Source: Rhina ancylostomus
Lineage: Eukaryota
Direction: 5' to 3'
NCBI GenBank assembly: GCA_030265395.1
Contig: JARFYF010000094.1
Location: 22,884,961-22,948,960 of the forward strand
DNA: 64,000 nucleotides
Shown: positions 1-14,606 of the stretch, in pieces
Layout: every line of letters starts with the position of its first letter
How positions within the stretch are numbered: position 1 is the stretch's first letter
The notes under the pieces: model-generated
Database searches by the model: none
What the model was told of the DNA's origin: nothing
The model's input: only the letters and a program-made list of their open reading frames with translations
Program-made: the position numbers and the translations under genes

Positions 1-1923
1 CGACTCCTCCTCCATCCAACATTCCCAAGCCGCTATAGCTGTTTGCTCATTCTCCTAGCTGAATCGCCACACTGCTTTGGTCCTGGCAGGTACACCTTCA
101 AATTGCTGCTTCGGGGCTTTTGCAAACACTAGCAAGGCTGCTGTTAGAATACCAACTATGACAGAACCTTCCAACAGGTGTCAGATTACAGGATACAAAC
201 TGGGTAGGCTCTTTGTGTGGCTATACATACTGTATCTCTTTTGTGAGAGTAAGGAGAGGAAGAGCTTCATGAATAACCTTCAGAATCCACATAATGCTGA
301 ATTCAGTATTGCAAAGCTTTGTTTACTGCTCCATCCTGCTGAGGTCTAGTCATCTGCCATTCAAGGTCTAATCCCACATAAAGTGGTGGTGATGATTGCC
401 TTCCCTTCAAAACACAGCAAAAATAGGCAGATAGTAAATGGCAGGAAGAATGCGATTATCTTCCTGCAGCCCCATAGTATTTAGTTCCCCTTTGGCCAGT
501 AGTTTGTGTAATGGTTTTAGTATTGTTAAATAAAACCATGTGTTACAGTAGGAGGCATTAATAAATAAAACTGAAGAAATAATTAAAGGAAAATGTGTAA
601 AAGAAAGTGATGATGCACACTGCAAATATCTAGAATTTGTAGCATTTTGCATTTTATTATAGTCTGACATTTTAAATTTACAGGTATTATCCATACAGGA
701 AAATAAAATTGTCTGTGCAATGAATACTCTCTTATCCCAGATTTGTAGAGAGAAGTCATTAGTAATTCAGGGAGTATGCTTCCAATCACTTGCCTCACCT
801 CCGGCTCTGATCAAATCAGTACCAAAGCAGTGTTAATAGCCTCTGCATTCTTTGGTTTTCAGCATTATATAATTCTTATTGTATTTTTGTTTCATTATTC
901 TCACATTTTCTTGCTAGCCAACTTTACCTGAAGAACTCCAAATCTCAGTTTTGGCAGTGTGTAACCATGTGCAGTAACAGGTCTTAATGTCGTATCTTCT
1001 TGACTTAATTAATCAAAATATAACCAGGAGTTTAAATTGACCCAAAAAATGGTTTAGAAACAGATGGTCAGACTGCAAAAAGCATTCATTGATCTGTGCA
1101 CAAAGTACAAACGAACTATACGTACATTACTGCTGCCCAAAAATTTCCCAGGACATGATAGGGTTTCCTTTGTTACTGGAACTTCCTTGTGATCCCTCCT
1201 TCTGCAGCAACTGACATCATTTATGCTTCTAAATTTCACACATGCCAGACACTAAAATCTCAGAACTGTTCCCTTTTGGAAATAGAAATTACTTTCACAC
1301 TAGTGGATTATTTAGTGCTATGGAATTTGGACAAAGAATTGGTAATGGTTTTGTTCAGCGAGACATTAGTTAAGCTGTATTTGTTTCTAGTATATGGTAA
1401 GACAACTAAAACGCTATTTGTTAAACTTGTGCAGCTAAGAGAAAACTCATTTGAGGCCGAAGTACCAGCTCTCAGACCTATAACATGAGAAGTGTATTTG
1501 TATTCTGTTTTTGCAAGTAAACAACTAAAACTATAATTATTTTTATATTATATAACGCAGCATCTGAAGATCTTAGTGCAAAAAGATTTGCCCTCAGCTG
1601 GCAACTTCTTTGTACAAGTTTTTTTGTCAATATTAGATCTTAATTATTGTGATAAAGCACTAAATCAAACATACTTTATAAATAATTAAACTGTAGGTGG
1701 TCTCATGAATGTTTTTGTGGACCAGTGTAATTTATCACCTGTGGTTCTGCTGTCTCCTGCTGTGGAAAGTTAACCGCACATCCATATGGGATGTACGCAT
1801 TATGCACAATTTCCTGTTGTTAATTTATTAAAAGAAAACTTCAATCCAAGTCATGTGAAATAATTGTGGTTTCTTTTCATTCATCACTGTACAACTCAAT
1901 TACTTCCTCAATTGTAGCAGCAT

Positions 1924-2200
1924 CAGCTGTGGCTCAGTGGTAGCACTCTCACCTCTGAGCCAAAAGGTTATGGGTTCAAACAGCATTTCCAGATATTTAA
2001 GCAGATTTTTCAAGCTGACATTGATATGACGGATTGACAGAGGTGCAATCCATCAGATAACACTTTAAACCAAAGCCTTTTCAGTGGACGTAAAAGGATC
2101 CCATGGAAATACATGAAGAATGGCAGGTGAGCTGACCCTCAACCAATACCTGAGAGGATATCCTGTCTTTACATTACATAAATTTACTTTACATAAATTG
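1924..2200 (+). mobile_element. tRNA-derived SINE, DeuSINE (SacSINE1-like), decayed
   Basis: A-box tggctcagtgg, B-box ggttcaaac, followed by Deu-domain-like gtggacgtaaaggatcccatgg...ccctcaaccaa. Confidence 0.65.
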
Positions 2201-2261
2201 ATTTACACCTGGCTTTGGCACAAGCACTTTGGTTTATTTTGAGGTTATGGGTTGAGTTGTA

Positions 2262-2566
2262 CACATCAGAACAGGCCCTTCAGCCCATCAAGTTTATGCA
2301 AACTACCAAGCACCCATTTATACTAATCTTATTTTATTCTTTGCACATATCATCAACTCTCCGCCAACTACCACTCACTTACATGCTGGGGGAAATTCAC
2401 AACAGCCATTTAACCTGCCAACCCGCAGATCTGCTATGTGGGAGGAAACAAAAGATTGAGGAGGAAGTGACATGAGAGAACTTGCAAATTCCACAGAGTC
2501 AGCACTGGAGGTCAGAATTGAAACTGGGTTGTTGGAGCTCTGAGGTGGCAGCTGTGCCACTGTGTT
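2262..2566 (-). mobile_element. V-SINE (HE1-like) with CR1-type tail
   Basis: The minus strand shows tttcctcccaca...ggcaggttaaatggctgttgtgaattt and the tail gatgggctgaagggcctgtt; homologous to the copies at 9.3 and 29.4 kb. Confidence 0.75.
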
Positions 2567-4699
2567 CCTTTTCTCAGGAAAAAAAAATCTGCTAAGATAC
2601 TTTAAAGAAGTACTTTTTGCTGATATGGCCAGAGAGGCAAATAAGTGGGCCATTAAAGCAATCAGACACTTCAGGTTTGGGTGCTCTTCACAAACCATTG
2701 AAACATTTCAATCTTTTAACACCCTCCTCTGAAGTTATATTATTCATGTGGGCTACTTAAATGATAGAAAAGGATATGAAAATAAACTTTGCTTCTTTTG
2801 ACAATTTGGCCTAAAGTTCCCAGATCTGTGAGACTGCATGATTTTATTATGTACCATTGTTTAGTTGGTCAATAAGTATAACATAATTCAAGTTCTGCAT
2901 TTTAATATTTTAGATATTTCCAGAGATTCATCCAAAAATGTGTAATCAGAATGTAACGTAATTACCAGGTAAAAAAGATTGAAGAATCTTGGCTGTAAAT
3001 GTGATACACATGTAATTATGCTGTGCCTGAATTTCCTCACTTTTTAACCATATCAATCAGTCTCTGTCCTGATTACAACTTAGTTTACATAATGGCTCCA
3101 CCCTTAGGCTAAAAAGCTGTACACATGAATTTCCTGCAGAAAGGTTCAAATCTGTTGTAAAATTCAGCCCAGAATTTTAGCTACAGCAGGAAATAACAAT
3201 TTTTCTGGTGTTTTATTGCCATTTTGAGATTTTTTTAATCGTCACTGAGACCAGCATTGTATTTTCCTTGAATAAATTGTCATGGCACAATTAAAAGTTG
3301 AAAAGCTTCCACAATTACATATTATTAAACATGCTGACCTAATTTGCAGGAATGATAGCTAGACTGCTTGAAAATTTAATTTTCACATTTAAAAATTGGC
3401 ATGTTTGGTTCTTTTCTCAGATGCTCAATCTATACACCCTGATATCCACTTATTTATGTATACTTCTATTTTCCTTGATGTGTTGAAGAGATTGTCAGGA
3501 AATTTGAGTGGAGATAAATATTGACGTGTACAAATGGGCACAGAGTATATCGTATTTTATTAGGCCCACAGGGATTTGTCCCACTGATATTTTTGAGTTT
3601 CTTTTGAAAACAGGCAGAGCAAATATTTTGTTCTTGAGATGCATAACTATTGAATAAACATCCAATAAATCTAATTATAGAAAATATGTAACAATAAATT
3701 ACGTTATAATTATTCGTACTCCAGATAAATATATTTGTTTATCCATAAAAGGAAGATAGGTATGTTAGGCACACCCCACTAAAAATATGGGAATATAAAA
3801 TAAATTACATAGGGTGAAATGATTTTCTTGAAGTTCAAAGAATTATACTACATGCAACAGGCTTGTGAAATGAATGATCTACTCTTCATTCTATATTCTG
3901 GAAGTATTAGTATCTAAGTGTTCTGTTGAATATAAAACTCAGGTACAGTTAAATATTACTAGCTCTCTCTATATTTAATTTTAAAAATCCATGGAGCTTC
4001 TCTGCTTTAAAGTTTCTTGCTTGCCATTCACCAAAGATTTATTTTTTACAGATTTTATTAAGTCCAACCATTATTAATCAAAAATCACTGCATACTTTAA
4101 AAATTAAAATACCACATTGAACGAAATGAAAACATCCAATATATTTTCTACACAAAAAAAATTACTGGCTTCCAGCAGCTGCTTCTGAAGAAACAATAAG
4201 TCATTCCCTTGTGAAAACAGAAATGAAGCACCAATCAACCCACCATAATAAAGTCTGGCATTTCAATTAAAAAGCACACAAGGTCACAGTTGGGAGCGGA
4301 AGCTCCCGTTTGCAACCCTGTGCATACTGATCTGTCATTTACTGATCTTAAACTTCTTCCTGCAATAAAAACTCATCCAGTAATATCCCTGGACTTAATC
4401 ACCAGGGAGGGGCTTATTTTCCACTTTAAAACACCTTTGAGCCCTTTTTCTCCAAACCTCACTATGGTGAAATCCTGAAACAACATGTTCCAACACTGAC
4501 TATAATGTTTAATTCTAGAATGGAAGAAAATTGTTCCACTACCATACACCTAAGCAGAAAAATTTACATTTTCTATTCAACCTAAAATGCGGACAGTAAA
4601 TGATCAATTAAATAGTCCTAACCGGAGAATAACTCTTCAAAGACCACTGGCAATGGTTTCATTCCCAGCAACTCTAACATTACCTTTGCTGTTCCTCGA

Positions 4700-4910
4700 T
4701 AATACATCCATGGCTTTCTCCTTTTTCTCATCTACATACTACCCTTATGGTACAGCTTCTGAAACTTAGCAACAGTGTCGAAATGTGCACTGATGACATT
4801 AGCTCTTCCTCAATTCAACCACCATCACTCTTGAACCCTCCGCTCTCTAAGTTGTCAAATTACTTGTCTGATATCCAGTAATGGATGAGCAGAATTTACT
4901 CCTAGTATTG
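4700..4910 (+). mobile_element. L2-like LINE reverse transcriptase relic
   Basis: Decayed (Y)ADD-like MCTDD followed by LSNYLSDIQ*WMSR, resembling L2 CLSDIxxWMxxN. Confidence 0.45.
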
Positions 4911-5427
4911 GGGAGAGGTAATCAAATGGATTGCAATTTTCCATCTATCCTCCTGCGATTCTGACCCTGTTTTCTAGCTTGTGACTCATCCAAGTGTGCA
5001 CAACAGCATGTTTGCCCCAAGCTGGGGAGAGTATGAGGGCTACCATCAACATCCTCAATGTTGATGGTTTCCCCATCATAATCCCTGGAAGAGAGAAAGA
5101 TCCACTGTGAACCCGGTTAATGGAATCTCTCTTGATGATCAGGAAAGGAGGAGTCAGTAACAGCCATAGTGAGCCAGGATGAGGGAAAGGCAGCTTTGGT
5201 CTCATTCAACTGAATATTCCACCAGTTGTGGGTGAGTGAGATTAAAGAGAAGGATCAAATCCCAAGAAGCATTAGCATTTAAACAAGAGTTTTGACAGTA
5301 GCCCTAAGTACAGCACAGCACTTTACACATTACACACAGCTTCAAAGCTGTACACACTCATTTTTTGAAATCTGAAGACTTTTCCCCAGTGTTACTAGGA
5401 CTATTAGTGAGTGTCTCTTTTAGATAT

Positions 5428-5451
5428 TGTGTGTGTGTGTGTGTGTGTGTG
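5428..5451. repeat. (GT)n microsatellite running into an assembly gap
   Basis: Read directly from the sequence. Confidence 0.95.
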
Positions 5452-7114
5452 NNNNNNNNNNNNNNNNNNNNNNNNNNNNNNNNNNNNNNNNNNNNNNNNN
5501 NNNNNNNNNNNNNNNNNNNNNNNNNNNNNNNNNNNNNNNNNNNNNNNNNNNNNNNNNNNNNNNNNNNNNNNNNNNNNNNNNNNNNNNNNNNNNNNNNNNN
5601 NNNNNNNNNNNNNNNNNNNNNNNNNNNNNNNNNNNNNNNNNNNNNNNNNNNNNNNNNNNNNNNNNNNNNNNNNNNNNNNNNNNNNNNNNNNNNNNNNNNN
5701 NNNNNNNNNNNNNNNNNNNNNNNNNNNNNNNNNNNNNNNNNNNNTGTTATCTCTAACAGAAACTGTTATAAGATCACAAGAGTTGGCTATTGATTGTATC
5801 TCCAAGTCAGGTTGAAGTAATCTGGTTCTGTGAAGTAGCATGATCACATCTCTGGGGGAACCTGCCAGAACTTACTGAGAGGATTTCCAAGAAGCAATTA
5901 AATCAGCAAAGTGCTCCTGCTGGGTTTATTCCTTGAGGCAATGTAGGTTTACTGGAAAACAAATCACATGATCTCAATCAGAACTGAGAATCTTATTATT
6001 TATGATCCTCTCACTGCAGATGCTCAAGGTCCCCCTGGCATCTTGGAACTAACTTTCACAAATCAGACAAAATCTCAGGGTTCCTATTTATGTAGTGTTC
6101 TTCAGAGATTGTTGTAGCAGTAAGAGCCACTCTCCATGACTATGCTGAAGATAGATTCCTTTAGCTGATCAGAAAAATACAAGATATTTTGGGATACTGT
6201 CTGCACTGGTTTCTCATAGGTTCATAGTTCTAGTTGCATCCTTCAACAGAAAGCATGTCCAGGAGCTCCACAAACAAGGACTTTGCATCATAGATGTCAT
6301 CGTTATCTTCCTCCATTCCTCATTCCTAATAGCTATCAGGGGAGTATGTGCTGTCCAGCCGAGGACCTTCCTCATCACTCATCTGACACTTCTTGAATGC
6401 TTCTATCTGGCCTGATGTTTGCCAATGAATGATTGAATAGCAATGAGGGCGATGGAGTGCAAGCAGGGATGCAGCCAAATGTTATCACGTTTTGTTGACT
6501 GCGTTGTGTTATTTCACCTTCATTCAACAGAATGGAGAACGAAATAACACAAACTAAGAATAGCTGTAACATATCTTTCCGAGTGCCTGACAATCACAGT
6601 GGGCTAGTTAGGAAGACTGCCTTGTTTCATTTTTACACAAATGTCTTTCTGCCAACAGTCCACCAATTTTCTCATCTCTGTTTCTTTTTGTCATCAGATA
6701 TCCTATGGCACCAAGACTGATGATAATCTCAGAAGGAGGCAAGTAAAGTGCTGGTAACCACATAGATGTGATACTTCATGGTATGTTCTGAGACATTATA
6801 AAATCCAAAGGTTGGTGTCCATTCTCTGACTCGACTGATTTCAGGCAACAAAAACAGACCCTTCACTTTTGAGGTAACCCACTATTTTAGTTTCAATGCA
6901 GTAAAGCTTTGAACAAGCTCAACCTCATTTATATTTTCACACTGTGATTCTGGAACTAATTTTCATTTGATCCTTTATTCTAAAGAAAAGAAGTATCCAT
7001 AGTTTTTTGTTCCACTGTCCACACTGGTAATCTGTTCTCAACTCAATCATTCTCTTATTTGTTTATTCATGTAGTTTCCTCTGAATAAATGTTCTGCGTT
7101 ATTACCTTTCCATG

Positions 7115-8290
7115 GAGTCATAGTCATAGCATGAAAAGAGGCCCTTCACCCCAACTCGTCTGTTTCAACCAAGGTGCACACCTGAGTAGTTTCATATGTC
7201 TGAACTTGGACCATATTCCTCTGAACCTTTGCTATCCATGTACCTATCCAAATGTATTTTAAACATTGTAACTGTACCCACTTCTACCAGCTCCTCTGGC
7301 AGTTCGTTCCATATATCCTCTCTGAGAAAAACTTGCCTCTCAGGTCTCCTTTAAATCTTTCCTCTTTTACCTTAAACTCATGCCCTCTAGTTGTATACTC
7401 CCCTACCCGGAGAAAAAGACTGTGACAATCCATCTTATCTAAACTTAAAAGACTTCATAGATTTCTATAAGGTCACCTCTCAGGCTTCTTGCTCTGGGAA
7501 AAACAGTCCCAGACTATTCAGTCTCTACTTATAACTTAAGCCCTCCAGTCTTGGCAACACCCTTGTGAATCTCTTCTGCATCTTCTCTAGCTTCACCATA
7601 TCCTTCTGATAGCACTGTGACCAGAACTGCACACAATCTTCCAGGTGTGGTCTCACCAACGTCTTGTACAGCTGTAACATGATGTTCCAACTCGTGTAGT
7701 CAATGCCCCATCTGATGAAGAAAGATACAAAAATCTTTGCCAGGGACCCTGCAATTTCTTCCCTTGCTTCTCATAGTATCCTTGGATATATTTGGTCAGG
7801 CCTTGGGATTTATCCACCTTTATGTGCCTCAACGTTGCCTGCACCCCTTCTTTCATAATGTTGATATGTTTCAGNNNNNNNNNNNNNNNNNNNNNNNNNN
7901 NNNNNNNNNNNNNNNNNNNNNNNNNNNNNNNNNNNNNNNNNNNNNNNNNNNNNNNNNNNNNNNNNNNNNNNNNNNNNNNNNNNNNNNNNNNNNNNNNNNN
8001 NNNNNNNNNNNNNNNNNNNNNNNNNNNNNNNNNNNNNNNNNNNNNNNNNNNNNNNNNNNNNNNNNNNNNNNNNNNNNNNNNNNNNNNNNNNNNNNNNNNN
8101 NNNNNNNNNNNNNNNNNNNNNNNNNNNNNNNNNNNNNNNNNNNNNNNNNNNNNNNNNNNNNNNNNNNNNNNNNNNNNNNNNNNNNNNNNNNNNNNNNNNN
8201 NNNNNNNNNGGCCATCTACATATTGCTTGAGAAAACTTTCCTGGGCACAGTTAACAAATTCAGCCCCATCCAGACCCCAGTTGAGATAAG
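7115..8290 (-). mobile_element. CR1-type LINE, internally deleted and gapped
   Basis: Minus strand peptides GLDGAEFVNCAQESFLKQYVD (endonuclease) and LRHIKVDKSQG (pre-RT KSPG motif); CR1 3' end and tail at 7115-7700. Confidence 0.85.
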
Positions 8291-9014
8291 GGTATCTGCT
8301 CATTTTCAGTAAAGGCATTCAGATGAAGTCTTCCTTTTCCCTTGGGTTGCTCTCATTGTGCTCTCATATCCACATCACATATAAAATTATCAATGATCAA
8401 GATGCAGCATCTGGTTGCCTTAGATTATTATTTGATGTCTTTTTTAGTACTTTTCCCCTGTTATGAAGTGCCTCTTTTAGGTCCTCCTTTCTGTTTCAAG
8501 TTGTTTCTTTAGTTCCTGCTTAGATTGTGATTTATGATTTCTCCCCTTTTCAAAGAATCTATTCCACTTTCTCAGTGAAGTCACAGCAGCATTCACAGTG
8601 GAAAGAACACATTGTGGAGATTTTATTGATCTTTTATACTATGAAATTCCCTAAAACTATAATGTACCTCTGATATTATCTATTTCCAGGTACCTTGAAC
8701 AGCTAATAAGTGGTTTGTAGCTAACATTCCCAATATTCCAAAACCAAATCCAATGTTGAAATGGGATGGATATTTCCACAGGTACTGTCTGGTTCAGTCT
8801 AATCTTTTCATATGGGTATAATTAAAGTTTTTCTCTTCATCTTGCTGTTGATAGCCTCATAGAAAGTGTTTCTCAGGTACATTTCCTGTTTTTACATAGT
8901 GAGCATGCACCTGGTTGTTCTTGAACCATACAACTCTATTCTTGTCAGAATCAATTACACAGCTCCCTTTGCAAGAGTACTTCCCTCTATCAACTGAGTC
9001 AGCTTATGTACATG

Positions 9015-10030
9015 CATATGAACATACAAATTAGGGGCAGGCCCCTCAAGCATGTTCCAGCAGATCATGGCTCATCAGATTGTACTCTCAACTCCACATT
9101 CCCACCTAACCACTATAATATTCCACTCCCTTGTTCATCAAGAATTTGCTTTTTAAAATATTCAACAAAACTTATCTTTGACAATAAAGGTTCCAAGGAC
9201 TCATGACTCTCTAACAGAGAAAAAAGTCACTTTATCTCTGTCTGAAATGAGTGACCCCCTAGTTTTGTACACTGAATTGTAACCCTGGGCATTAAAGCAG
9301 CTAGTGGAGCCAATGCCACACAGCACCAGAGACCTGGGTTCAATCCTGACATCAGGTGCTGTCTGTGTGAAGTTTCCACAATCCCAATGTGACCACATGG
9401 GTTTCCTTCAGATGGTCTGGATTCTTCCAAAGTTGCAAATACATGCAGGTTGGTAGGTTAATTTGCCACTGTAAATTACCCTCAGTGTGTAGGTTAGTGG
9501 TAAAATCTGGTGGGAGTTGATGACAATGTGGGGAGAATTTAAAGAATGGATAAATGTAGGATTAGTGCAAATGTTGATGGTTGGTACGGACTCACTGTCT
9601 CTCTCTGTGACCCTCTATGACTTCATGACTCTATGACCTCTGAGGAAATAACCTCTCCATATCTATCCTATAATGACCCCTCAGAATCTTATATGTTTCA
9701 GTCAAGTCTCTTTCAAGCTTCTAAACTCCAGTAGATATAAACTTAGTCTATCTAACTTTTCTTCATAAAACAACCCACCAAGTCCAGATATTGGTCTGGT
9801 ATAATTTCTGTAACTGCTTCCAATGAATTAACACCCTTCCTTAAATAAGGGACTGTACAGTTTACCAGATGTGATTTCACCGGTTTCTATATAATTGAGG
9901 CATAATATCACTACTCTTGTATCCAGTTCTCCAAGCATTCTGTTACTATCACTAACTAATTGCTGACTCTATCTTTTCCAAATCATTAACATCCTGAACC
10001 ATTTGCATTTCAGAGTTCTGCAATCTCTTA
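9015..10030 (-). mobile_element. CR1-type LINE 3' fragment interrupted by a SINE
   Basis: Tail gaacatacaaattagg...agatcatggct; CR1-like sequence continues on both sides of 9288-9640. Confidence 0.7.
9288..9640 (+). mobile_element. V-SINE (HE1-like) nested in CR1
   Basis: B-box gggttcaatcc, core tgggtttcct...gcaggttggtaggttaatt, and a (ctctatga)-like tail. Confidence 0.8.
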
Positions 10031-10056
10031 GTATTTAGATAAGGTGTTTCCTTTGT

Positions 10057-10790
10057 TCCTGGGTGTCACCATTGATCAGAAACTCAACTGGGCAACCATA
10101 TTACCATGGCCACAAGAGCAGGTCAGAGTCTAGGTATCCTGCAGTGAGTGACTCATTTCCAGACACCCAAAGCCTTTCCACAATCTAGAAGGCACAAATC
10201 AGGTGTGATGGGAAACACTCCACTTTCCAGGATGAGTGTAGCTCCAACAGCTCTCAAAAGGCTTGATACCATCCAGGACAAAACAGACCACTTGATTTGA
10301 ACCCCATCTACCTCCATCATCATTCATTCCCTCCAAGAGAGGTACACAGTGGCTGCATTGTGCACTGCCTACAAAATACACTGCAGTTACTCACCCAGGC
10401 TGCTGCAACAGGATGTCTCAAACTGTGACCTCTACCCTAAGAAATACAAGAGCAACAGGTGCATGAGAACAACACTATGTGCAGTTTGCCCTCCAAGTTG
10501 CACACCATCCTGATTCAGAAATATATNNNNNNNNNNNNNNNNNNNNNNNNNNNNNNNNNNNNNNNNNNNNNNNNNNNNNNNNNNNNNNNNNNNNNNNNNN
10601 NNNNNNNNNNNNNNNNNNNNNNNNNNGAACTCCAAGTTGCACACCATCCTGATTCAGAAATATATTGCCATTGTTGCTGGTCTAAATCCTGGAACTCCTC
10701 ATGCAACCTCCCTTTAGGACTACCTTCACCAGAGGGACCAAAGCAGTTCAAGAAAGCTGCTCACTCCCATCTTCTTAAGGGCAATTAGTT
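10057..10790 (+). mobile_element. LINE 3' fragment (CR1/L2 supergroup)
   Basis: Frameshifted LGVTIDQKLNW...ATRAGQSLGIL...LKRLDTIQDK, ending in aagcagttcaagaaagctgctcactcccatcttcttaagggcaattag. Confidence 0.8.
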
Positions 10791-13700
10791 TTGACAGCAT
10801 CAAACTTGCACAGCGATAAAACTGCCCCAATCTCAAGATGGCTGGTGTGGAAATGGAAAAATAGGAATGTATCCATCAGGCTGGAGCTGTAGTGTTGTGA
10901 CCACTGTAAGAAAACTGAACAGACATTAGTCTATACCTAAACCAAAACAGACGCTCTGGATGGTGACGAATAGATCCCTGAAACAGAAACTGTTCTTTTC
11001 CTCAACATCAACATCCCTTGTCTTCATGAGCACAGAATTGAAAACAAGAAGTTAATTTTATTTCATGAAATAGCACATACATAAAATTTAGGGAATCACT
11101 TTGAAAATCCACATTTCTCTTCCAAATCCTCTCAAAACTTGATTGCTTTGAATTATGTTTCCATTGGCCTATGATGCTTTAAACTATTTCAAAGAACGTG
11201 GCACAATAAAAAGATGTTTTCTAAAATCCACAGACAGTAACAAATTCAATATTATAATTAATCACAAAATTAATTTGCTAAAATATTTTCAAAACCATCC
11301 AATCATATTTGGTTATCATACTTAGAATGTCAAATAAAAAAGTCAGATATTTAAAAATTCAGCATTGCACTTTCCAGACCCATCCTACTAAATCCTACTA
11401 AACCAGCAACGATTGAAAATGCCACCTTAATATCAATTCCGATAAAACTGTATAAATTTAAGAAAATTATTTAACACTACCAAATAATATAACGGATTAA
11501 AATCATGGTTGATAACTGCTTTACTATAATACTCCGAGCAGTGAAAGTAACTGGTCAAATCCCAATACTGAATCCACTGCTGATTATGCTTCTTCACAAA
11601 ATTTTCGGGCCTGGTATTCAGAACTTCTTGCTTACAATGCTGTTAANNNNNNNNNNNNNNNNNNNNNNNNNNNNNNNNNNNNNNNNNNNNNNNNNNNNNN
11701 NNNNNNNNNNNNNNNNNNNNNNNNNNNNNNNNNNNNNNNNNNNNNNGAACTTCTTGCTTACAATGCTGTTAAATGAAGATGTCACCTATCACCGCCAGAT
11801 TTAATTTACATTTTGTTTCAATTGGTAGCGTGACATTTTGGCAGAATTCCATAAATTAGGGATGCTATCCCTCTACTAAATTACATTTTTATTATTATAA
11901 AACTGATGATAGGTATTTTCCAGCACTTGTCAGTTGCTCCTGCAGCAGCTGGATTTGTGGTTCTCAGCCCTACAGAAAGTTTTGCATGGTCAATGGAAGT
12001 TCCGTATGACAAAATTAACTGAAATTGATAACTACTCACTGACAGGAAGGAACTATGGCTGGACCTAACCCAGATTTTTCTGCCCTGTATATTTGTATTA
12101 AGTCTAAGTAACAACTCAACCTTCCTGGAATTCCAAATCAATTGTTCGTCTCTGAAATATGTAGCTCCCAAGTACTCATTATTTAGAACATACATTTTCA
12201 TTTTATTGATTGTGCTCCTATGACCCAAATTCATTTACAGACAATTTTGTTTGTTTAAGTCATTAGCCCATTCTGGAGAGATTGCCATCTTTAATCATCC
12301 TACTTGTTAAAATGTTCAAACTTGCAGTAACCAACCCTGCAGCTGTTCCACTGCCTTTTTATCTAGGGATCTAAAATCACTCGTAAAATATTGGGATTAA
12401 GTTGCCAGCAATTTTTTTGAAGAACATCTAACCATGAAATGCTGATAAGCTTTCATGCTTTTCACCCTCAGTACCTACTAAGCTTAAAAGTAAATTTGAA
12501 TTCATCAGCATGGTGATGAGATGTATAAAACCCTCAAAGATATAATGTTGGAATCCGTGACCATCTACAAAATAAGTTTCAATCATAGTCATACTAAGAA
12601 GGGAAGTCAGGAAACAAGCAAAGCTCAAGTGATCATAGAACAGCCCTAGAAGTGTTCTGACTTGGCCAGAATATCTAGGGAATAGTACATGCGAGATCAA
12701 ACACCAAGAAAATACGGGGGAAGCAGCTAATTTGGAACCAAAAGAAATGAAAAATCAATGTTAAAGATATGATTGAATAAATATGAACAGAACTTTTAGT
12801 CTTAAATTAATGCCCATCAGGATACCGTAGAGATATTAACTGTGCAACCAAACCTCAGAATGCGAGATGGGATGTTTCTGAAATTATGAGTTCCAAAGCA
12901 TGCTCCCTATAGCAATGATCATTAATAAATTCATATGAGAAAATACATTTNNNNNNNNNNNNNNNNNNNNNNNNNNNNNNNNNNNNNNNNNNNNNNNNNN
13001 NNNNNNNNNNNNNNNNNNNNNNNNNNNNNNNNNNNNNNNNNNNNNNNNNNTGGTATCATCATTAAATATTCTTTTCTGTTTTACTTAAATTTCTCATTAA
13101 ATTGACTACTTAATTTGCTGGACATTTTAACTGAAAGAATCCAGGCAATCAATGTATTAGTTTGTTCTCAAATGCTATGGAATGGAAATAAATGGTTGGA
13201 TTTTGAAAAAATTTTATACAGAAACACAGAATGTATAGACTTAACTGAAACTGACAACTTCCAGTAAATACAAAGCACATCTAAGTGAGATTTGTAGCTG
13301 GATGATGTTGATGGTTTATTTCTCTATCCTCTCCACAATAGTTTATTAAAGCAGAAAATGGAGACTGTTATGTGAAGTCTGGAACCCTATCAGCAGCCTG
13401 TGGAAGTTGAAATTTGGCAGACATTTAGCACACACATCACCATAATCACCATACCCTGAAACTACATTTATTTTCCAGAACAAGATAAACATCCTTGACA
13501 ATAGTGATTATGTTTCATGGTGACAGATTGTCCTGGAGCAGAACTTGGAAAGTTTTTAGGCCTATGCATTTTTATAGATGTCTTTTTGCAGATGTTGATT
13601 CTTTCAGTTCTGCATCAAATTTCGAATATTTGCAAACATTTGATATTTTTATTAATGATAAGTGCTGTAGTTTATGTCTTATTCTAACAAGCACCTGCTT

Positions 13701-14193
13701 TTTTCATAAAGATTAACTCAGTGACTACAACAGAATTAAAACTGCAATATTTGCAATTAGGAAAACTAGCCTCTTTCCAAAAGTCTGATAAAGGTCTGTT
13801 AATGGCACATATTTTCTTTTGTAATTATTTAGAATATCATCATTTAGTGATTAATGTTAAATCAAGATTCAAGAAGAATATCTGTTGCACTTCTTGCCTT
13901 TCTTGAAATTGTAACAGACAATATTGGATAGTTCAATAGCGAATTAAACTATCTTATCTCATTTGTCTTTATTAAACCAATTAGCTATCAACACAGTTTC
14001 ATAGTGAGCACATCATACGTCTCGTGCGAAAGTCTAAATGTAAGTTTTTTTTATTGTCAGAAAATTGTAGTTGATGACTTTGAATGGAAACCTTGTCAGT
14101 TGCTAGCTCCTTCCAGATAGTGATAAGCATTGCCTATATGTCTCATCTTTAAGGTATTTCTGGAAGTACAATCCTTGTTGTCCTGATTACGGA

Positions 14194-14265
14194 GGATGAA
14201 GGGGGACCTGATAGAGGTGTATAAGATGATGAGAGGTATTGATTGGGTAGATAGTCAGAGGCTTT
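14194..14265 (+). mobile_element. CR1 RT C-terminal fragment at a gap edge
   Basis: MKGDLIEVYKMMRGIDWVDSQRL matches the CR1 LRGDLIEVYKIMRGxDRVD motif. Confidence 0.85.
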
Positions 14266-14606
14266 NNNNNNNNNNNNNNNNNNNNNNNNNNNNNNNNNNN
14301 NNNNNNNNNNNNNNNNNNNNNNNNNNNNNNNNNNNNNNNNNNNNNNNNNNNNNNNNNNNNNNNNNNNNNNNNNNNNNNNNNNNNNNNNNNNNNNNNNNNN
14401 NNNNNNNNNNNNNNNNNNNNNNNNNNNNNNNNNNNNNNNNNNNNNNNNNNNNNNNNNNNNNNNNNNNNNNNNNNNNNNNNNNNNNNNNNNNNNNNNNNNN
14501 NNNNNNNNNNNNNNNNNNNNNNNNNNNNNNNNNNNNNNNNNNNNNNNNNNNNNNNNNNNNNNNNNNNNNNNNNNNNNNNNNNNNNNNNNNNNNNNNNNNN
14601 NNNNNN

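Noticed and set aside
1924-1990. tRNA gene suggested by A/B boxes (also at 31090-31150)
   Set aside because: No cloverleaf, and the sequence continues into SINE body, so these are SINE heads.
5365-5847. Long ORFs spanning N runs (also at 7.7-8.3, 14.1-14.8, 57.2-57.8 and 58.8-59.5 kb)
   Set aside because: Their length comes from X codons; the real flanks are microsatellite or LINE fragments.
10491-10665. 36-bp direct repeat flanking a 100-N gap
   Set aside because: Identical sequence on both sides of a fixed-size gap indicates unmerged contig overlap, not a target-site duplication.
11621-11772. 26-bp direct repeat flanking a 100-N gap
   Set aside because: Same scaffolding artefact.
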